From positions 1-60,484 of the IMG/VR virus record IMGVR_UViG_3300032213_001151: DNA of 60,484 nt; one strand, given 5' to 3'. Each line of letters begins with the position of its first letter. The first letter of the stretch is position 1. The DNA is from a virus. Its lineage: Duplodnaviria; Caudoviricetes. Shown one piece after another: positions 19,206 to 30,607 of the stretch. The position numbers were made by a program, and so were the translations under genes. Under the pieces are notes generated by a model that ran no database searches, had not been told where the DNA came from, and saw only the letters and a program-made list of their open reading frames with translations.

Positions 19206-20654
19206 ATGGCAGTTCTATCAACTCCCGGATTTCAGTTGCAGCCCTCAGCAGAGCAGGTTGCCTTGTCCACCAACTACATTACCAACTTCAACTTCTTGAA
19301 TCAGTATCTTCCTGATACCTATGAGAAAGAATTTGAACGCTATGGTAACCGCACCGTAGCATCCTTCCTTCGTATGGTAGGTGCTGAAATGCCTTCTAAC
19401 TCTGACCAAATCAAATGGGCAGAACAAGGTCGTCTTCACACCAAGTACGTGGATGTTACCACTACTGTTTTGACCAACGCAGACAGTGCCACTTTCACAG
19501 TCAATGACTTGAACGTATCAGGCATCGCAATTCGTCCCGGTCAGACCGTTATGATTACCCCTAACGTAGCAGGTCCTACTCAAAACAAAGGTATCGTTAC
19601 CGCAGTTAACACTACGGCTGATACTTTTGATGTAGCCTTCTACGAAGCAAGTGGTATCACCAACGCTTCAGCAGCAAACAAATTCACCGTATTCGTTTAC
19701 GGTTCTGAATTCAAAAAAGGTACTTCAGGAATGGTTGGCTCTTTGGAAGCAGAAGATGAAATCTTCAGCAACTCTCCAATCATCATCAAAGACAAGTATG
19801 CCGTATCAGGTTCTGACATGGCTCAGATTGGATGGGTTGAAGTAACCACCGAGAATGGTGCTACAGGTTACTTGTGGTACTTGAAGTCAGAGCACGAGAC
19901 TCGTCTTCGTTTCGAAGATTACCTTGAGACCGCTATGTTGGAAGCTGTTCCTGCAGAAACAGGTTCAGGTGTTGCTAACGCATCACTCAACCCAACCTAT
20001 GGTAACAAAGGTTCTGAGGGCGTATTCTACGTGGTTAACTCACGTGGTAACGTGTGGGGTGCAGGTAACCCAACTACCTTGGCTGACTTTGATACTATCG
20101 TTACTCGTCTTGACAAGCAGGGTGCTATCGAAGAGAATGTTCTTTTCGTTAACCGTGACTTCTCTTTCGACATTGACGATATGTTGGCTACCTTGAACGG
20201 CTTCAGCTCTTCAGGTTCTGCAAACGCAGCGTCATTCGGTTTGTTCGACAACGATACTGACATGGCTTTGAATCTTGGCTTCAGCGGATTCCGCAGAGGT
20301 TATGACTTCTACAAGTCTGATTGGAAGTATTTGAACGACCCAACTTTGCGTGGTGGTTTGACCCTGTCTACTTCAGGTGCTACTACCGCAAACGTAATTA
20401 CCGGTATGCTTGTTCCTGCAGGTTCAACTACTGTGTATGACCAAATCCTTGGTAAAAATGCGAAGCGTCCTTTCCTTCACGTGCGTTACCGTGCGTCTGA
20501 AACTGAGGACCGCAGATACAAAACTTGGATTACAGGTTCTGCAGGTGGTGCTCAGACAAGCGACCTTGATGCAATGGAAGTTCACTTCCTCTCTGAACGT
20601 GCCGTGTGCACATTGGGAGCTAACAACTTCTTCTTGTTCCGCTACGGAGCATAA
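19206..20654 (+). CDS. Major capsid protein
   Basis: 482 aa; gene position, codon bias typical of high expression, downstream terminator. Confidence 0.85.
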   Translation: MAVLSTPGFQLQPSAEQVALSTNYITNFNFLNQYLPDTYEKEFERYGNRTVASFLRMVGAEMPSNSDQIKWAEQGRLHTKYVDVTTTVLTNADSATFTVNDLNVSGIAIRPGQTVMITPNVAGPTQNKGIVTAVNTTADTFDVAFYEASGITNASAANKFTVFVYGSEFKKGTSGMVGSLEAEDEIFSNSPIIIKDKYAVSGSDMAQIGWVEVTTENGATGYLWYLKSEHETRLRFEDYLETAMLEAVPAETGSGVANASLNPTYGNKGSEGVFYVVNSRGNVWGAGNPTTLADFDTIVTRLDKQGAIEENVLFVNRDFSFDIDDMLATLNGFSSSGSANAASFGLFDNDTDMALNLGFSGFRRGYDFYKSDWKYLNDPTLRGGLTLSTSGATTANVITGMLVPAGSTTVYDQILGKNAKRPFLHVRYRASETEDRRYKTWITGSAGGAQTSDLDAMEVHFLSERAVCTLGANNFFLFRYGA

Positions 20655-20671
20655 TCGTAGAAAACTAAATT

Positions 20672-20703
20672 GGGGAGTGTCTTCAAAGACACTCCCCTAT
20701 TTT
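20672..20703 (+). terminator. Terminator hairpin built on palindrome site 5 (20677-20692)
   Basis: GGGGA-GTGTCTTCAAAGACAC-TCCCC then TATTTT. Confidence 0.85.
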
Positions 20704-20728
20704 AAATTCAAATTATATCTTATCAAAA

Positions 20729-21484
20729 ATGAAAAAAGTAAAATTAGAGCCGAAGGACAGGTACTACCGCCTTCGCAACGAACTCGCACCGCTATCTTAC
20801 ACAATTGCTACACGCAATTCCCGTAGATACCCTCTCCTTTGGTATGATGAAGAGAAGAACCAAAACCGTCCTCTTCGTTATGCAATCAACCAAAAGTCCC
20901 CATTCGAGGACGAGCAGGATGGCAATGCCATCATTGAGCCAATCACATTTGACAGAGGCTTCTTATTTGTTCCAAGAACTAACCCTGTACTTCAAGAGTT
21001 CCTGTATTACCATCCTCAAGCAAATGTGGTATTTGAAGAGGTTGACAGTGAACGTGACGCACAGCAAGTTGTTGAGGAGCTTACTGCAGAAGTAGATGCA
21101 TTGATTGCTGCACGTGAGATGACCATTGAGCAACTTGAGACAGTTGGTCGTGTGCTCTTCCAACGTGACACCACCAAAGTAACTACTGCTGAGTTGAAGC
21201 GTGACATCTTGGTGTATGCTCGCAACTATCCTAAGCAGTTCCTTGATGCTCTTGAGGACCCAATGCTGAAGCTTCAATCAAGTGTCCATATCTTCTTTGA
21301 TAAGGGCTTGTTGGGATTCCGCAACGGGAACAAAGAGGTGTGGTACAACACTCCAACCAACAAGAAGAAGATGCTTACAGTACCATATGGCGAAGACGCA
21401 TATGTGTTGGTAGCACTCTACTTGAAGTCTGATGAGGGAATCGAAGCTCTGAAGATGTTGGAATTCCACCTGAACGGAGAGTAA
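20729..21484 (+). CDS. Hypothetical protein
   Basis: 251-aa ORF after the capsid gene. Confidence 0.8.
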   Translation: MKKVKLEPKDRYYRLRNELAPLSYTIATRNSRRYPLLWYDEEKNQNRPLRYAINQKSPFEDEQDGNAIIEPITFDRGFLFVPRTNPVLQEFLYYHPQANVVFEEVDSERDAQQVVEELTAEVDALIAAREMTIEQLETVGRVLFQRDTTKVTTAELKRDILVYARNYPKQFLDALEDPMLKLQSSVHIFFDKGLLGFRNGNKEVWYNTPTNKKKMLTVPYGEDAYVLVALYLKSDEGIEALKMLEFHLNGE

Positions 21485-21505
21485 CCATAAACCATGTTAA
21501 ATAAG

Positions 21506-21532
21506 AGAGGGGAATTACCCCTCTTTTTTTTT
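21506..21532 (+). terminator. Intrinsic terminator, followed by TATCTTTG element (21536-21543)
   Basis: AGAGGGG-aatta-CCCCTCT plus T-run. Confidence 0.85.
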
Positions 21533-21558
21533 ACGTATCTTTGTAGAAAGAGAAAAGG

Positions 21559-22497
21559 ATGATTAATTCAGTTAGAAATACTGTGCTTTCCGTAGTTAAC
21601 AAGAACAACTTCGGGTATATATCTCCTTCAGATTTCAATCTGTACGCACAGCAGGCACAGATGGAATTGTTCGAGGGGTACTTTGAGGAGTACAATACGC
21701 TTGTAAATAAAGAGAATGCAAGAGTTTCAGGAACCGGCTATGCTGACTTGAAGCAAGCTGTAGAAGAAATGATTGATACGTTCTCTGTGACAAACTTCCT
21801 AAAACACAACGCATCAAATACATACTTCCTCCCATCATTGACAACTACAGGTGATGAGTACTTCACCATCAATAAGCTATTGTGCTATCCTGTGATACTT
21901 GCTCAGGGTCAGAGTACAAATAACTTGTTGTCTTCATTGGAAGATTCAACTGCAAACTTTATTGCTGATGGTGTAGCTGTTGGTGACATAGTTGCCAATA
22001 CCTCTACCGGGACGCAGGCTACTGTTGTTACAGTAGTATCTGCAACAGTGTTACTATTGTCTTCAAACATATTCACTGCATTCCCTGAAGACTATGCGGT
22101 GTATGACAAGAGTATAGTAAATCAAGTTGAGAAAGTAAGCCATAGCAAAATCACTTTGCTGAACAATTCATTGCTTACTGCTCCATCAAATACTTATCCT
22201 GCATACACTCAAGACGGGTTATCTCTTACGATATATCCTGAGACTGTTGCAAAGCAGGGTCAGATAGTGAGCCAATACATACGCTATCCTAAAGCTCCGA
22301 AGTGGACATATGTTACACTTACCAACGGTGAGCCATCATTTGACCAATCACAACCTGACTACCAAGACTTCGAGCTTCCACTTGAGGATGAGTTCAAGTT
22401 GGTGCACAAGATTCTTCAGTACGCAGGTATATCTATCCGTGAGACAGAGGTGTATCAGTTTGCAAAGGTTGAGGAAAGAGGAATGCCACAACAATAA
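21559..22497 (+). CDS. Structural protein (head-tail adaptor/ring candidate)
   Basis: GYISPSDFN...YIRYPKAPKW; position. Confidence 0.65.
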   Translation: MINSVRNTVLSVVNKNNFGYISPSDFNLYAQQAQMELFEGYFEEYNTLVNKENARVSGTGYADLKQAVEEMIDTFSVTNFLKHNASNTYFLPSLTTTGDEYFTINKLLCYPVILAQGQSTNNLLSSLEDSTANFIADGVAVGDIVANTSTGTQATVVTVVSATVLLLSSNIFTAFPEDYAVYDKSIVNQVEKVSHSKITLLNNSLLTAPSNTYPAYTQDGLSLTIYPETVAKQGQIVSQYIRYPKAPKWTYVTLTNGEPSFDQSQPDYQDFELPLEDEFKLVHKILQYAGISIRETEVYQFAKVEERGMPQQ

Positions 22498-22509
22498 TAA
22501 TAGACAACT

Positions 22510-23415
22510 ATGGCTTATATCTCACAGTTCGACTATTATGACAACCAAGATAATTGGGGGTCATATCAATACGTTAGCCTATATGACATCGTCAACAATT
22601 TCATGTTGATGTATGCCGGTAATCATTCTTTGATTAATAACGAGGAACGCTTCAAGATTTTATTCCATGCTAAGAGAGCTGTGCAGGAATTGAACTATGA
22701 CGCATTCAAAGAAGTTAAGATTTTAGAGTTGTCAGTTACTGACAGCCTGAGATTCATTCTCCCATCTGACTACGTGAATTGGGTTCGCATATCCTTGTAC
22801 AAGGATGGATACTTGCGTCCTCTTACTGAGAACATTCAGACACTATCCTCAGATGCATATCTTCAAGACAACAATGGTAACATTCTGTTTGACCAAAACG
22901 GTAATGTCCTGAAGCCACAGTATTCTGAGATTGACTATGACCGTATCAAAGGGACCAAGAAGAGCATCTACCTAAATGAAGGTAATCAGTATCATGGGCA
23001 GATGGGTTGGAATGTTGATGGGATGTGGTACTTCGACTATGCCATCGGTGCACGTTTTGGTTTGAACACTGAGACCGCAAACTTCAATCCTACTTTTAAC
23101 ATTGATAAGAAGGCAGGAGTGATTAACTTTGACTCGTCAATGTCAGGAGAGCTATGCATACTTGAGTACATATCTGATGGTATGGAGAATGGTGATGACT
23201 CTCGCATTTCTGTAAACAAGCTATTCGAGAAGTACGTGTATGCGTATATCGAATATGAAATCCTTAGCCACAAGCTTGGCGTTCAGGAATACATTATTGC
23301 TCGTGCAAGAAAAGAAAAGACAGCGTTGTTGCGCAATGCAAAAATTCGTTTGAGTAATATTCACCCCGGACGATTGTTGATGAATCTTCGTGGTAGAGAT
23401 AAGTGGATAAAGTAA
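22510..23415 (+). CDS. Structural protein (tail ring candidate)
   Basis: LPSDYVNWVRIS motif; position. Confidence 0.65.
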   Translation: MAYISQFDYYDNQDNWGSYQYVSLYDIVNNFMLMYAGNHSLINNEERFKILFHAKRAVQELNYDAFKEVKILELSVTDSLRFILPSDYVNWVRISLYKDGYLRPLTENIQTLSSDAYLQDNNGNILFDQNGNVLKPQYSEIDYDRIKGTKKSIYLNEGNQYHGQMGWNVDGMWYFDYAIGARFGLNTETANFNPTFNIDKKAGVINFDSSMSGELCILEYISDGMENGDDSRISVNKLFEKYVYAYIEYEILSHKLGVQEYIIARARKEKTALLRNAKIRLSNIHPGRLLMNLRGRDKWIK

Positions 23416-23416
23416 T

Positions 23417-26400
23417 ATGGCAAATATCTCAAGAAACTTTGTAGCAGGTAAAATGAATAAGGCTGTCGATGAACGCCTTATTCCTAATGGAGAATATATC
23501 GATGCACTTAACTGCAGATTGGGTTCAAGTGAAGAGTCTGAGATTGGTGCTATAGAGAATGCAAGGGGTAATCTTCCTTTGACATCTCTGTTGTATCCAC
23601 CAACAGGCACACTTCTTAGTGCAAGTGCTAAGTGTATTGGTGCTTATCAGGATGGAGCCAATGAGACTCTTTATTGGTTTGTGCATGACCCGAACTTCCC
23701 CGAAGGTGCTACAGGAAAGCTTGACCTGATTGTCTCTTTTAATACTGAGACAAACACATTGACATACCATGTTGTCAGCATAGATGTAGATGGCACAAAT
23801 ACTACGTTAAACTTCAATCCTCAGTATTTGATAACAGGTGTAAACCTTGTTGACTCAAATGAAGAGGGGTTGTTGTTTTGGACTGATGACTATAATCAGC
23901 CAAGATGTATAAATATCAGAAGAACATATCCTCAGCCATCAGGTTTTTTAGATGGATTTACCGAAGAGGAGATATTGGTAATTAAAAGACCACCTATTGA
24001 GCCAATTTTAGTTCAGCCATTGACTACAGGTGGTCAACAGAACTTTTTAGAAGAAAGGTTCCTTTGCTTTGCATATCGCTATCGTTATGCTGATGGTGAG
24101 TACTCTGCTACTTCTCAGTTCACTGCTCCTGTATTTGTACCAAATCCATTTGAGTTTAGCATTAATAGCTTTCTAAATGAGGGTATGGTTAACTTGGCTA
24201 ATTCTGTTCGACTCTCATTTTGGTCAGGTGGTTCACTTGTAAAAGGTATTGACTTATTATTCAAAGAGGCAGGCAGTAACACCATAAAGGTAATTGAGAA
24301 AATAGACAAAGCTATTTCAGGTGTTCCTGATGGAACGTATTACCCATATACGTTCACGAATAGTAAGATATTCACTGTGCTTCCTGAATCTGAGTTGCTC
24401 CGTCTTTATGACAATGTACCGCTACTTGCTAATGCGCAGACCATTATGGGGAATCGTCTTGTGTATGGTAACTATGTTGAAGGATACAATCTAATTGACA
24501 AGTTTGATAATCCACTTAGTCTTACATATGTTTCATCATTAGTATCAAATGAAATAAATAATGACGAATTAACAGATGATACTGATAGTGGTAGCTATAC
24601 AATAAATGGTTCTCAAACTATACCTCAAGCAACATTTACTGTTGACCTTGACTCTGTAGCGGGAGAGTTAAATGCAGGAGCACAATTAAACATAGCTATA
24701 CGTGTAACACACGCATTGTTTACAGGTAGTACTCCTGTTCCAACAGAACAGACTCAGAGTGTTCAAATTGATTGGTCATTTACTTTGCTGAATAGTTATG
24801 CATCTGTGTATGAGATGGCTACAAGTAATGAATTTATTGAGGCTGTTGGTACTGCTGCTAACATAAAACCTGTATATGACCCAACACCGGGTAACCCAAC
24901 TTCTTGTGATGGGTTTACTCTTACAGATATATTTAACTGTGCGCTTCCAAATACCTTAAATGGTTCTACACCTGTTACGAAATATGCAAGTGGTATATCT
25001 GCACCGGGTCAGCCATTTGTAATAGTAACAAGCCCTTCAAGTAATGTAATTGGATTCCAAGTCCCTGCAATGAACTATGTAGGTGACTTGAATAATCCTA
25101 CTGCATTTAGTGTTTATGAATACTACAACGTATCATATGGAGAGGCATTTTGGTCAGGCATAGCAACTCCAAAAAGCTTGCACAGTAACAGAGGTTATGA
25201 GGTTGGAATTGTATACATGGATGAGTATTTACGTGCATCAACTGCATTGGTTAGTACTAATAATGCAGTACACGTTCCATGTGAGTATTGTGATAGACAG
25301 AACCAAATTCGCATAACAATACCTACTACTCAACGTGCTCCGTATTGGGCTACAAGCTATAAGTTTGTAATTAAAGCGGATAGAGAGAACTACGAGACTG
25401 TATACGCAAGTATATTCTTCAGGGACCCTAATACCAATAATGTTTATATTCTATTGGAAGGGGAGAACTCTCGTAAGGTTGAGACGGGTGATAGGTTAAT
25501 TGTTAAGGCAGATACTGCAGGTCCTGCTAAAAGTTGCTTATACACTACAGTACTTGAGAAAGAATCAAAGCAGCGTGGCTTCTTAGAAATACCAAGTTCA
25601 TTAGACCCTAATGTGAACTTAGAGGTTCCTTCAGGAGTGTACATGAAAATAAACCCAAGCAACTTGACATTGGTTCAAGATGAGTTGTCATATATAACTG
25701 CTTCAGGCGAGGATATTGCAAGTGGCGCAGGTCGCTATCCAATAACAGAGGTATTGGTAAATAGATTCGATACTGCAACAAGTGCATATGTAGATTATGA
25801 TATTCCCGCAGGAAGTAGAGTATCATTAAACTTTGAATTCGAAAGAAGGGGTAGCGGTGATGGTAACAATGCTTGCGAAAAGCGTATCTATACATTAAAC
25901 AAAACTCTTATTGCATCTGCTGATTACAACAACTTTAAAGATTGGTTCGATGGTGACAATGTAGAAATTGTATTGAATCAAGGCATACAAGATGTAGGAG
26001 CAGGTGGATGTGATATTGGTAATGTATATAACCCAATATTGTTTTCAGGTTCAATGGCAGGTGCAGTTAATCCTGACTATTGTAATAACCAATATAGATT
26101 CAGAAGAAATGGATTTAATAATGCTCTGTATTTAGTTGCAAGTGGAACAAGAGCTTGTGGTACATCTCAGAATAAAAAATCTAAAGTAACATTAAAGATA
26201 GAGGTATTCCGTGCAGAAAGTACATTGATATTTGAGACTGAGCCACAGGATACACTTCCTGATGTTTTCTATGAAAACAATTTATTCTTGCCTATAGGTC
26301 CTGATGGGGAGCACTATGGTAACATACAGAATCAGGACTTTGCATTAAACCAATCAGCAATAATAGACACTGAGTTCTTCAACTGTTTTGCTTATGGCAA

Positions 26401-28075
26401 TGGGGCTGAGTCCTATAAAATTAGAGACTCTATTACGGGAAAGTCATTTAACTTGGGTAACCGGGTTACATCAGTTTCTACTCAAGACTATACTCAGGCT
26501 GATAGATTTGCTGACCTTACATATAGTGGTATCTATAATGATGAGAGCAATCTAAATAGACTCAACGAGTTTAATCTTGGTTTGCTAAACTTTAAAGCAC
26601 TTGAAGATTCATTCGGTCCAATCACTTTGATTGATGGTCGTGAGACTGACATACTTGTTCTACAAGAGGATAAAATATCATATGTATTGGCAGGCAAGAA
26701 TCTTTTGTCAGATTCCGCTGCGGGTGGTGCTATCACATCTGTGCCTGAAGTATTGGGTACTCAGATTGCACGTATTGAAAACTTTGGTAACAGCTTTCAT
26801 CCTGAGAGTTATGCTAAGTGGGGTGAGGACAAGTTCTTTACCGATGCAAAGCGTGGTGCTGTCATCCAATTAAAAGGTGACTCATATAGCAATGAGAGAT
26901 TAGGCGTTATATCTGAAGCAGGAATGCGTCCTTGGTTTAGGGACCTGTTCATAGAATCTTTGACTACTCAGAAGCTTGGTGGTTACGACCCATACATGAC
27001 TGAGTATGTTCTAACGAACAATGACATTCCAACTCCAATGCCTGAAGAATGTATTGGATGTGGAACACAACAGGTATTTACATTTACAGCAGTAACACCA
27101 ATCACATATTGCATTGATGTAGGGACCTTAGTTGGACCGTTTGATGTAATATGGAACCCTGAGTCTATCAATCCGGGAGATGGATTTATTGTTCAGGTGA
27201 CTTATGATGGGTCTACCACTTCTTCAGGAGTTGAATCAACAGCAGGAAGCTTAACAATACAAAAGAACTCTATAAGCCCAACCATAGCTTATATTGAGTT
27301 AATACCTATTGGTACTGAAATTACTCTTAGAGTTGAAGTTGCTTGTCCTGTTCCAAGTCCACTTGTAATAGTAGAGATTGTTATAAGCAATGATGCTGAT
27401 GGTGGTAAGTATACACACGCTGAGTATAAGTATACAGATACGCCATACATAAGCCCAACTACATCAAGATTGGTACAGCTATCTTCAGGAACAGCTAATC
27501 CATTGGTATCGTTCTACAATCAAGTATATGGCTATCAAGGTTCAGGAAGTTTCCCATTGAATGGAACTACTGTATCTATGATTTCAAATAAGATAGGGTT
27601 TGATGACTTTGACTTTGACCCTGCTTTCAATAAGTTCATGTGGTTGAGGACTGATTCATACTATGATGATGACCCAACGAATATAGCAACATTGCTATCA
27701 CTTGCTAATACTGCAACACCAATACTTGGTGCATCTCCAACATATATGGCAGATTTCACAATGCCAACATCAAACCAAGAGTATCTATACTTGATATGGA
27801 ATCTTAGAAAGCCTGTTGAAACTGAGCTATGCTACTCTGATGTTGATGTGTTTGATGCTTGCTGCGGATGTGAGCAATGTGCAGAGTTGTGTTCTTACTA
27901 CGACATATACTCCTCTACAGGTGGTGCTTTTGAATACACTGACTGCTACACTTCAGAGATTGTTGAGACAGATATTGGAATAGATGCAACAATAAGCGTG
28001 TGCTCATCAACTATTCCTGTTGTTTTGACAGGCACTGTAGATGTTACATTTAATCAGTGCGGATGCCCAACATAA
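23417..28075 (+). CDS. Tail stabilisation/nozzle protein with Cys-rich C-terminus
   Basis: 1552 aa; GKMNKAVDERLIPNGEYIDALN start, FAYRYRY, FTDAKRGAV. Confidence 0.75.
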   Translation: MANISRNFVAGKMNKAVDERLIPNGEYIDALNCRLGSSEESEIGAIENARGNLPLTSLLYPPTGTLLSASAKCIGAYQDGANETLYWFVHDPNFPEGATGKLDLIVSFNTETNTLTYHVVSIDVDGTNTTLNFNPQYLITGVNLVDSNEEGLLFWTDDYNQPRCINIRRTYPQPSGFLDGFTEEEILVIKRPPIEPILVQPLTTGGQQNFLEERFLCFAYRYRYADGEYSATSQFTAPVFVPNPFEFSINSFLNEGMVNLANSVRLSFWSGGSLVKGIDLLFKEAGSNTIKVIEKIDKAISGVPDGTYYPYTFTNSKIFTVLPESELLRLYDNVPLLANAQTIMGNRLVYGNYVEGYNLIDKFDNPLSLTYVSSLVSNEINNDELTDDTDSGSYTINGSQTIPQATFTVDLDSVAGELNAGAQLNIAIRVTHALFTGSTPVPTEQTQSVQIDWSFTLLNSYASVYEMATSNEFIEAVGTAANIKPVYDPTPGNPTSCDGFTLTDIFNCALPNTLNGSTPVTKYASGISAPGQPFVIVTSPSSNVIGFQVPAMNYVGDLNNPTAFSVYEYYNVSYGEAFWSGIATPKSLHSNRGYEVGIVYMDEYLRASTALVSTNNAVHVPCEYCDRQNQIRITIPTTQRAPYWATSYKFVIKADRENYETVYASIFFRDPNTNNVYILLEGENSRKVETGDRLIVKADTAGPAKSCLYTTVLEKESKQRGFLEIPSSLDPNVNLEVPSGVYMKINPSNLTLVQDELSYITASGEDIASGAGRYPITEVLVNRFDTATSAYVDYDIPAGSRVSLNFEFERRGSGDGNNACEKRIYTLNKTLIASADYNNFKDWFDGDNVEIVLNQGIQDVGAGGCDIGNVYNPILFSGSMAGAVNPDYCNNQYRFRRNGFNNALYLVASGTRACGTSQNKKSKVTLKIEVFRAESTLIFETEPQDTLPDVFYENNLFLPIGPDGEHYGNIQNQDFALNQSAIIDTEFFNCFAYGNGAESYKIRDSITGKSFNLGNRVTSVSTQDYTQADRFADLTYSGIYNDESNLNRLNEFNLGLLNFKALEDSFGPITLIDGRETDILVLQEDKISYVLAGKNLLSDSAAGGAITSVPEVLGTQIARIENFGNSFHPESYAKWGEDKFFTDAKRGAVIQLKGDSYSNERLGVISEAGMRPWFRDLFIESLTTQKLGGYDPYMTEYVLTNNDIPTPMPEECIGCGTQQVFTFTAVTPITYCIDVGTLVGPFDVIWNPESINPGDGFIVQVTYDGSTTSSGVESTAGSLTIQKNSISPTIAYIELIPIGTEITLRVEVACPVPSPLVIVEIVISNDADGGKYTHAEYKYTDTPYISPTTSRLVQLSSGTANPLVSFYNQVYGYQGSGSFPLNGTTVSMISNKIGFDDFDFDPAFNKFMWLRTDSYYDDDPTNIATLLSLANTATPILGASPTYMADFTMPTSNQEYLYLIWNLRKPVETELCYSDVDVFDACCGCEQCAELCSYYDIYSSTGGAFEYTDCYTSEIVETDIGIDATISVCSSTIPVVLTGTVDVTFNQCGCPT

Positions 28076-28084
28076 TACAAAACT

Positions 28085-29770
28085 ATGGCTACAAGCGGAA
28101 CATATTACTTAAACGGTCCTACACTATCAAGCTCAACAGCAGTATTCACTGATGATATATTGAGCACTTGTGCTCCTGATGGATTTTATTCTGAAGGCTC
28201 AATAGTTAGAGAGCAGGTAGACTGCGTACTATTGCCACCTGTTGTTTGTCCATCATGCGCTGCTCCTTGTAATACCCCAATATCAGGTACGGGCGGTCCG
28301 GGTGTGTATTATGTAGATACCAATACAGGTACAGCTACAGGTGCTATTATTGTTAAGTTCAATGCCTTCTCAGTACCTGACGGGATATTGGCTCAGCTTG
28401 GTCCAAGTCTATACAATGGTATGTCTTCACAATATTTTGGTTGGCTTGAGGGAACTTCAGGTCTACCAACTTATGTTGGAGAAGCAGCAAGTGACTGTGG
28501 ATTGGTAGCAGGCTCTCCGTATTCAGGTGTTATTGAGTATGAATATCAAAGTGGTGCTTTTGTTGATAGTGGGAATACTACGAGTGTTACTGTTATTTCA
28601 GGTCAATTAGATTTGACTACATCAAATGCAGGCGTGTGCACTATGGTGATACCAAAAACATCAAATGCATACAGCGTTCTAAGTACACAGATATTTAGTC
28701 TTTGCCCTGCTACAAGCTTTAGCATTGAGATAGAATGTCCTGAAGCACTTAGCACATGGACAGGAAGCGCATTGGCTGCTTCAGGCTCAGGAGCCTGCGT
28801 ATTGAATGCAGCTACTACATACTACTACGTTCACGTGAATGGTGTAGGTGGCGTTCTTGGACTATACGATATGGTGTTCTCAGATGCAAATGGCGAGTTC
28901 CCATTGGCAGCAGGATACTACAACACAGGCTCAATGAGTCCATCTTATGATTGGATTCAGGTAGATGCATATGGTGTTGTTATAAGCTTTGGTGTTTGTA
29001 CAGCTCCAATAAACTACATTGTAGAGAAGTGCTATACCAATGAGCAATTGATTGTAACTGTACCTGCATTGCTTTCACCCGGAGAACGTGTGTTGGTGGT
29101 TGGTCATCCCGGCTGTATTTGGGAAGTGGTAAGCAGCACAGTTTCACCATCTAACGCTACATTCCTTAGCATTACTACTGACCCATGCACAGCTCAGTGC
29201 TCATCTTGGATACTAACCAATTCATTGGCGATAGACATATCTTTTGATTTTGTGGATTGTGATGGAGCTACTGTGACATTCTCTTTGGGGGGTGGTCAGA
29301 CCATCACTCTATGTGCTCGTGAGATATTGACCACTCCAACAGGGCTTGGTGTTTCAATAGATGATTGTGAGTGCGAACCACAAACTGATGTTTGGGAACT
29401 AAACGGATGTTGCGCTAACGACACGGTGATTGCTATTTCAAACATACCTATCAATATCGGTGACCTTGTGAAAGTATCTGACACAAGCATTGATGATTGT
29501 TGGTATGAGGTAATTGGATTGAGTGGGTCAACGCCAACTACAACAATAATATTGAGCAACTTAGGTGCTTATGGATGTGATGCTGTTTGCTGTGATTATG
29601 AAGTGTGCAACCCTGATACAGTAAACCCACACTCTATTGACTACATAAACTGTGATGGCATACCAAGCAATCTCACTTTGCCACCATTGACTTGTGCTAA
29701 TGTTTGCGCAAGGTCAGGTAGCTTCGGACCTTCAGTATTGACAGTATCATTTAATAGTTGCACTTGCTAA
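28085..29770 (+). CDS. Cys-rich virion surface protein
   Basis: 561 aa, about 31 Cys by manual count, repeated modules. Confidence 0.7.
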   Translation: MATSGTYYLNGPTLSSSTAVFTDDILSTCAPDGFYSEGSIVREQVDCVLLPPVVCPSCAAPCNTPISGTGGPGVYYVDTNTGTATGAIIVKFNAFSVPDGILAQLGPSLYNGMSSQYFGWLEGTSGLPTYVGEAASDCGLVAGSPYSGVIEYEYQSGAFVDSGNTTSVTVISGQLDLTTSNAGVCTMVIPKTSNAYSVLSTQIFSLCPATSFSIEIECPEALSTWTGSALAASGSGACVLNAATTYYYVHVNGVGGVLGLYDMVFSDANGEFPLAAGYYNTGSMSPSYDWIQVDAYGVVISFGVCTAPINYIVEKCYTNEQLIVTVPALLSPGERVLVVGHPGCIWEVVSSTVSPSNATFLSITTDPCTAQCSSWILTNSLAIDISFDFVDCDGATVTFSLGGGQTITLCAREILTTPTGLGVSIDDCECEPQTDVWELNGCCANDTVIAISNIPINIGDLVKVSDTSIDDCWYEVIGLSGSTPTTTIILSNLGAYGCDAVCCDYEVCNPDTVNPHSIDYINCDGIPSNLTLPPLTCANVCARSGSFGPSVLTVSFNSCTC

Positions 29771-29776
29771 AAGTAT

Positions 29777-30583
29777 ATGGCTAATTACACACTAACATAT
29801 GATGATGGAGTAGCGGGATGGACATCCTTCTTCTCCTTTTATCCTGATTGGATGATAGGCATGAATCAGTTCTTCTACACCTTCAAGGGTGGGAACCTGT
29901 ATCGTCACAACGTGAACCCTGTCAGGAACAACTTCTATGGTGTTCAATACACATCTCGTATTCAGAGTGTGTTCAATGACGCACCGTTGGAGAATAAGCT
30001 GTTCAAGACTTTGAACTTAGAGGGGGACCATGCATGGGAAGCAGACATGGAGACGGACCTTCAGACTACAGGCTTCATCAATAAGACATGGTTTGAAAGG
30101 AAAGAGGCATCATGGTATGCGTTTGTCCGTAACTCAGGAACGACTCCTGCGACTCCCGGTCAAGAGTATCCACTAAGGTCTTTGAATGGTATAGGCAGAA
30201 GCTTGTCAATAAACACATCGGTCCCTGCAGCGGTGGTTATCAACTTCTCGATAAACCCACTAATCTCTATTGGTAATATTGTGAGTGTCGGTGACAATCT
30301 ATACAATGCGCCACCACCATACACCACTCCTGTGTTCATCGGTAAGATTGTGGATGTCGTGCAGAATTATCCTGCAGGTAGCAACTACATTGTCGTTGAC
30401 ACTACTGTTCCATCAGGTTCATTACCTACGATTGCAAATGCATACTACCTGTTTATAAAGAACTCGATTGCTGAATCTCATGGAGTATTGGGTCACTACT
30501 GTGTGTTCACACTTGAGAATGACAACACCAATAAAACAGAGCTATTTGCGGTGGAATCAGATGTGATGAAAAGTTATCCATAA
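29777..30583 (+). CDS. Tail protein (GWTSFFSFYPD)
   Basis: Resembles the C-terminal portion of nozzle-type proteins. Confidence 0.65.
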   Translation: MANYTLTYDDGVAGWTSFFSFYPDWMIGMNQFFYTFKGGNLYRHNVNPVRNNFYGVQYTSRIQSVFNDAPLENKLFKTLNLEGDHAWEADMETDLQTTGFINKTWFERKEASWYAFVRNSGTTPATPGQEYPLRSLNGIGRSLSINTSVPAAVVINFSINPLISIGNIVSVGDNLYNAPPPYTTPVFIGKIVDVVQNYPAGSNYIVVDTTVPSGSLPTIANAYYLFIKNSIAESHGVLGHYCVFTLENDNTNKTELFAVESDVMKSYP

Positions 30584-30607
30584 AAAAAACAAGTATCTTT
30601 GTAGTAC

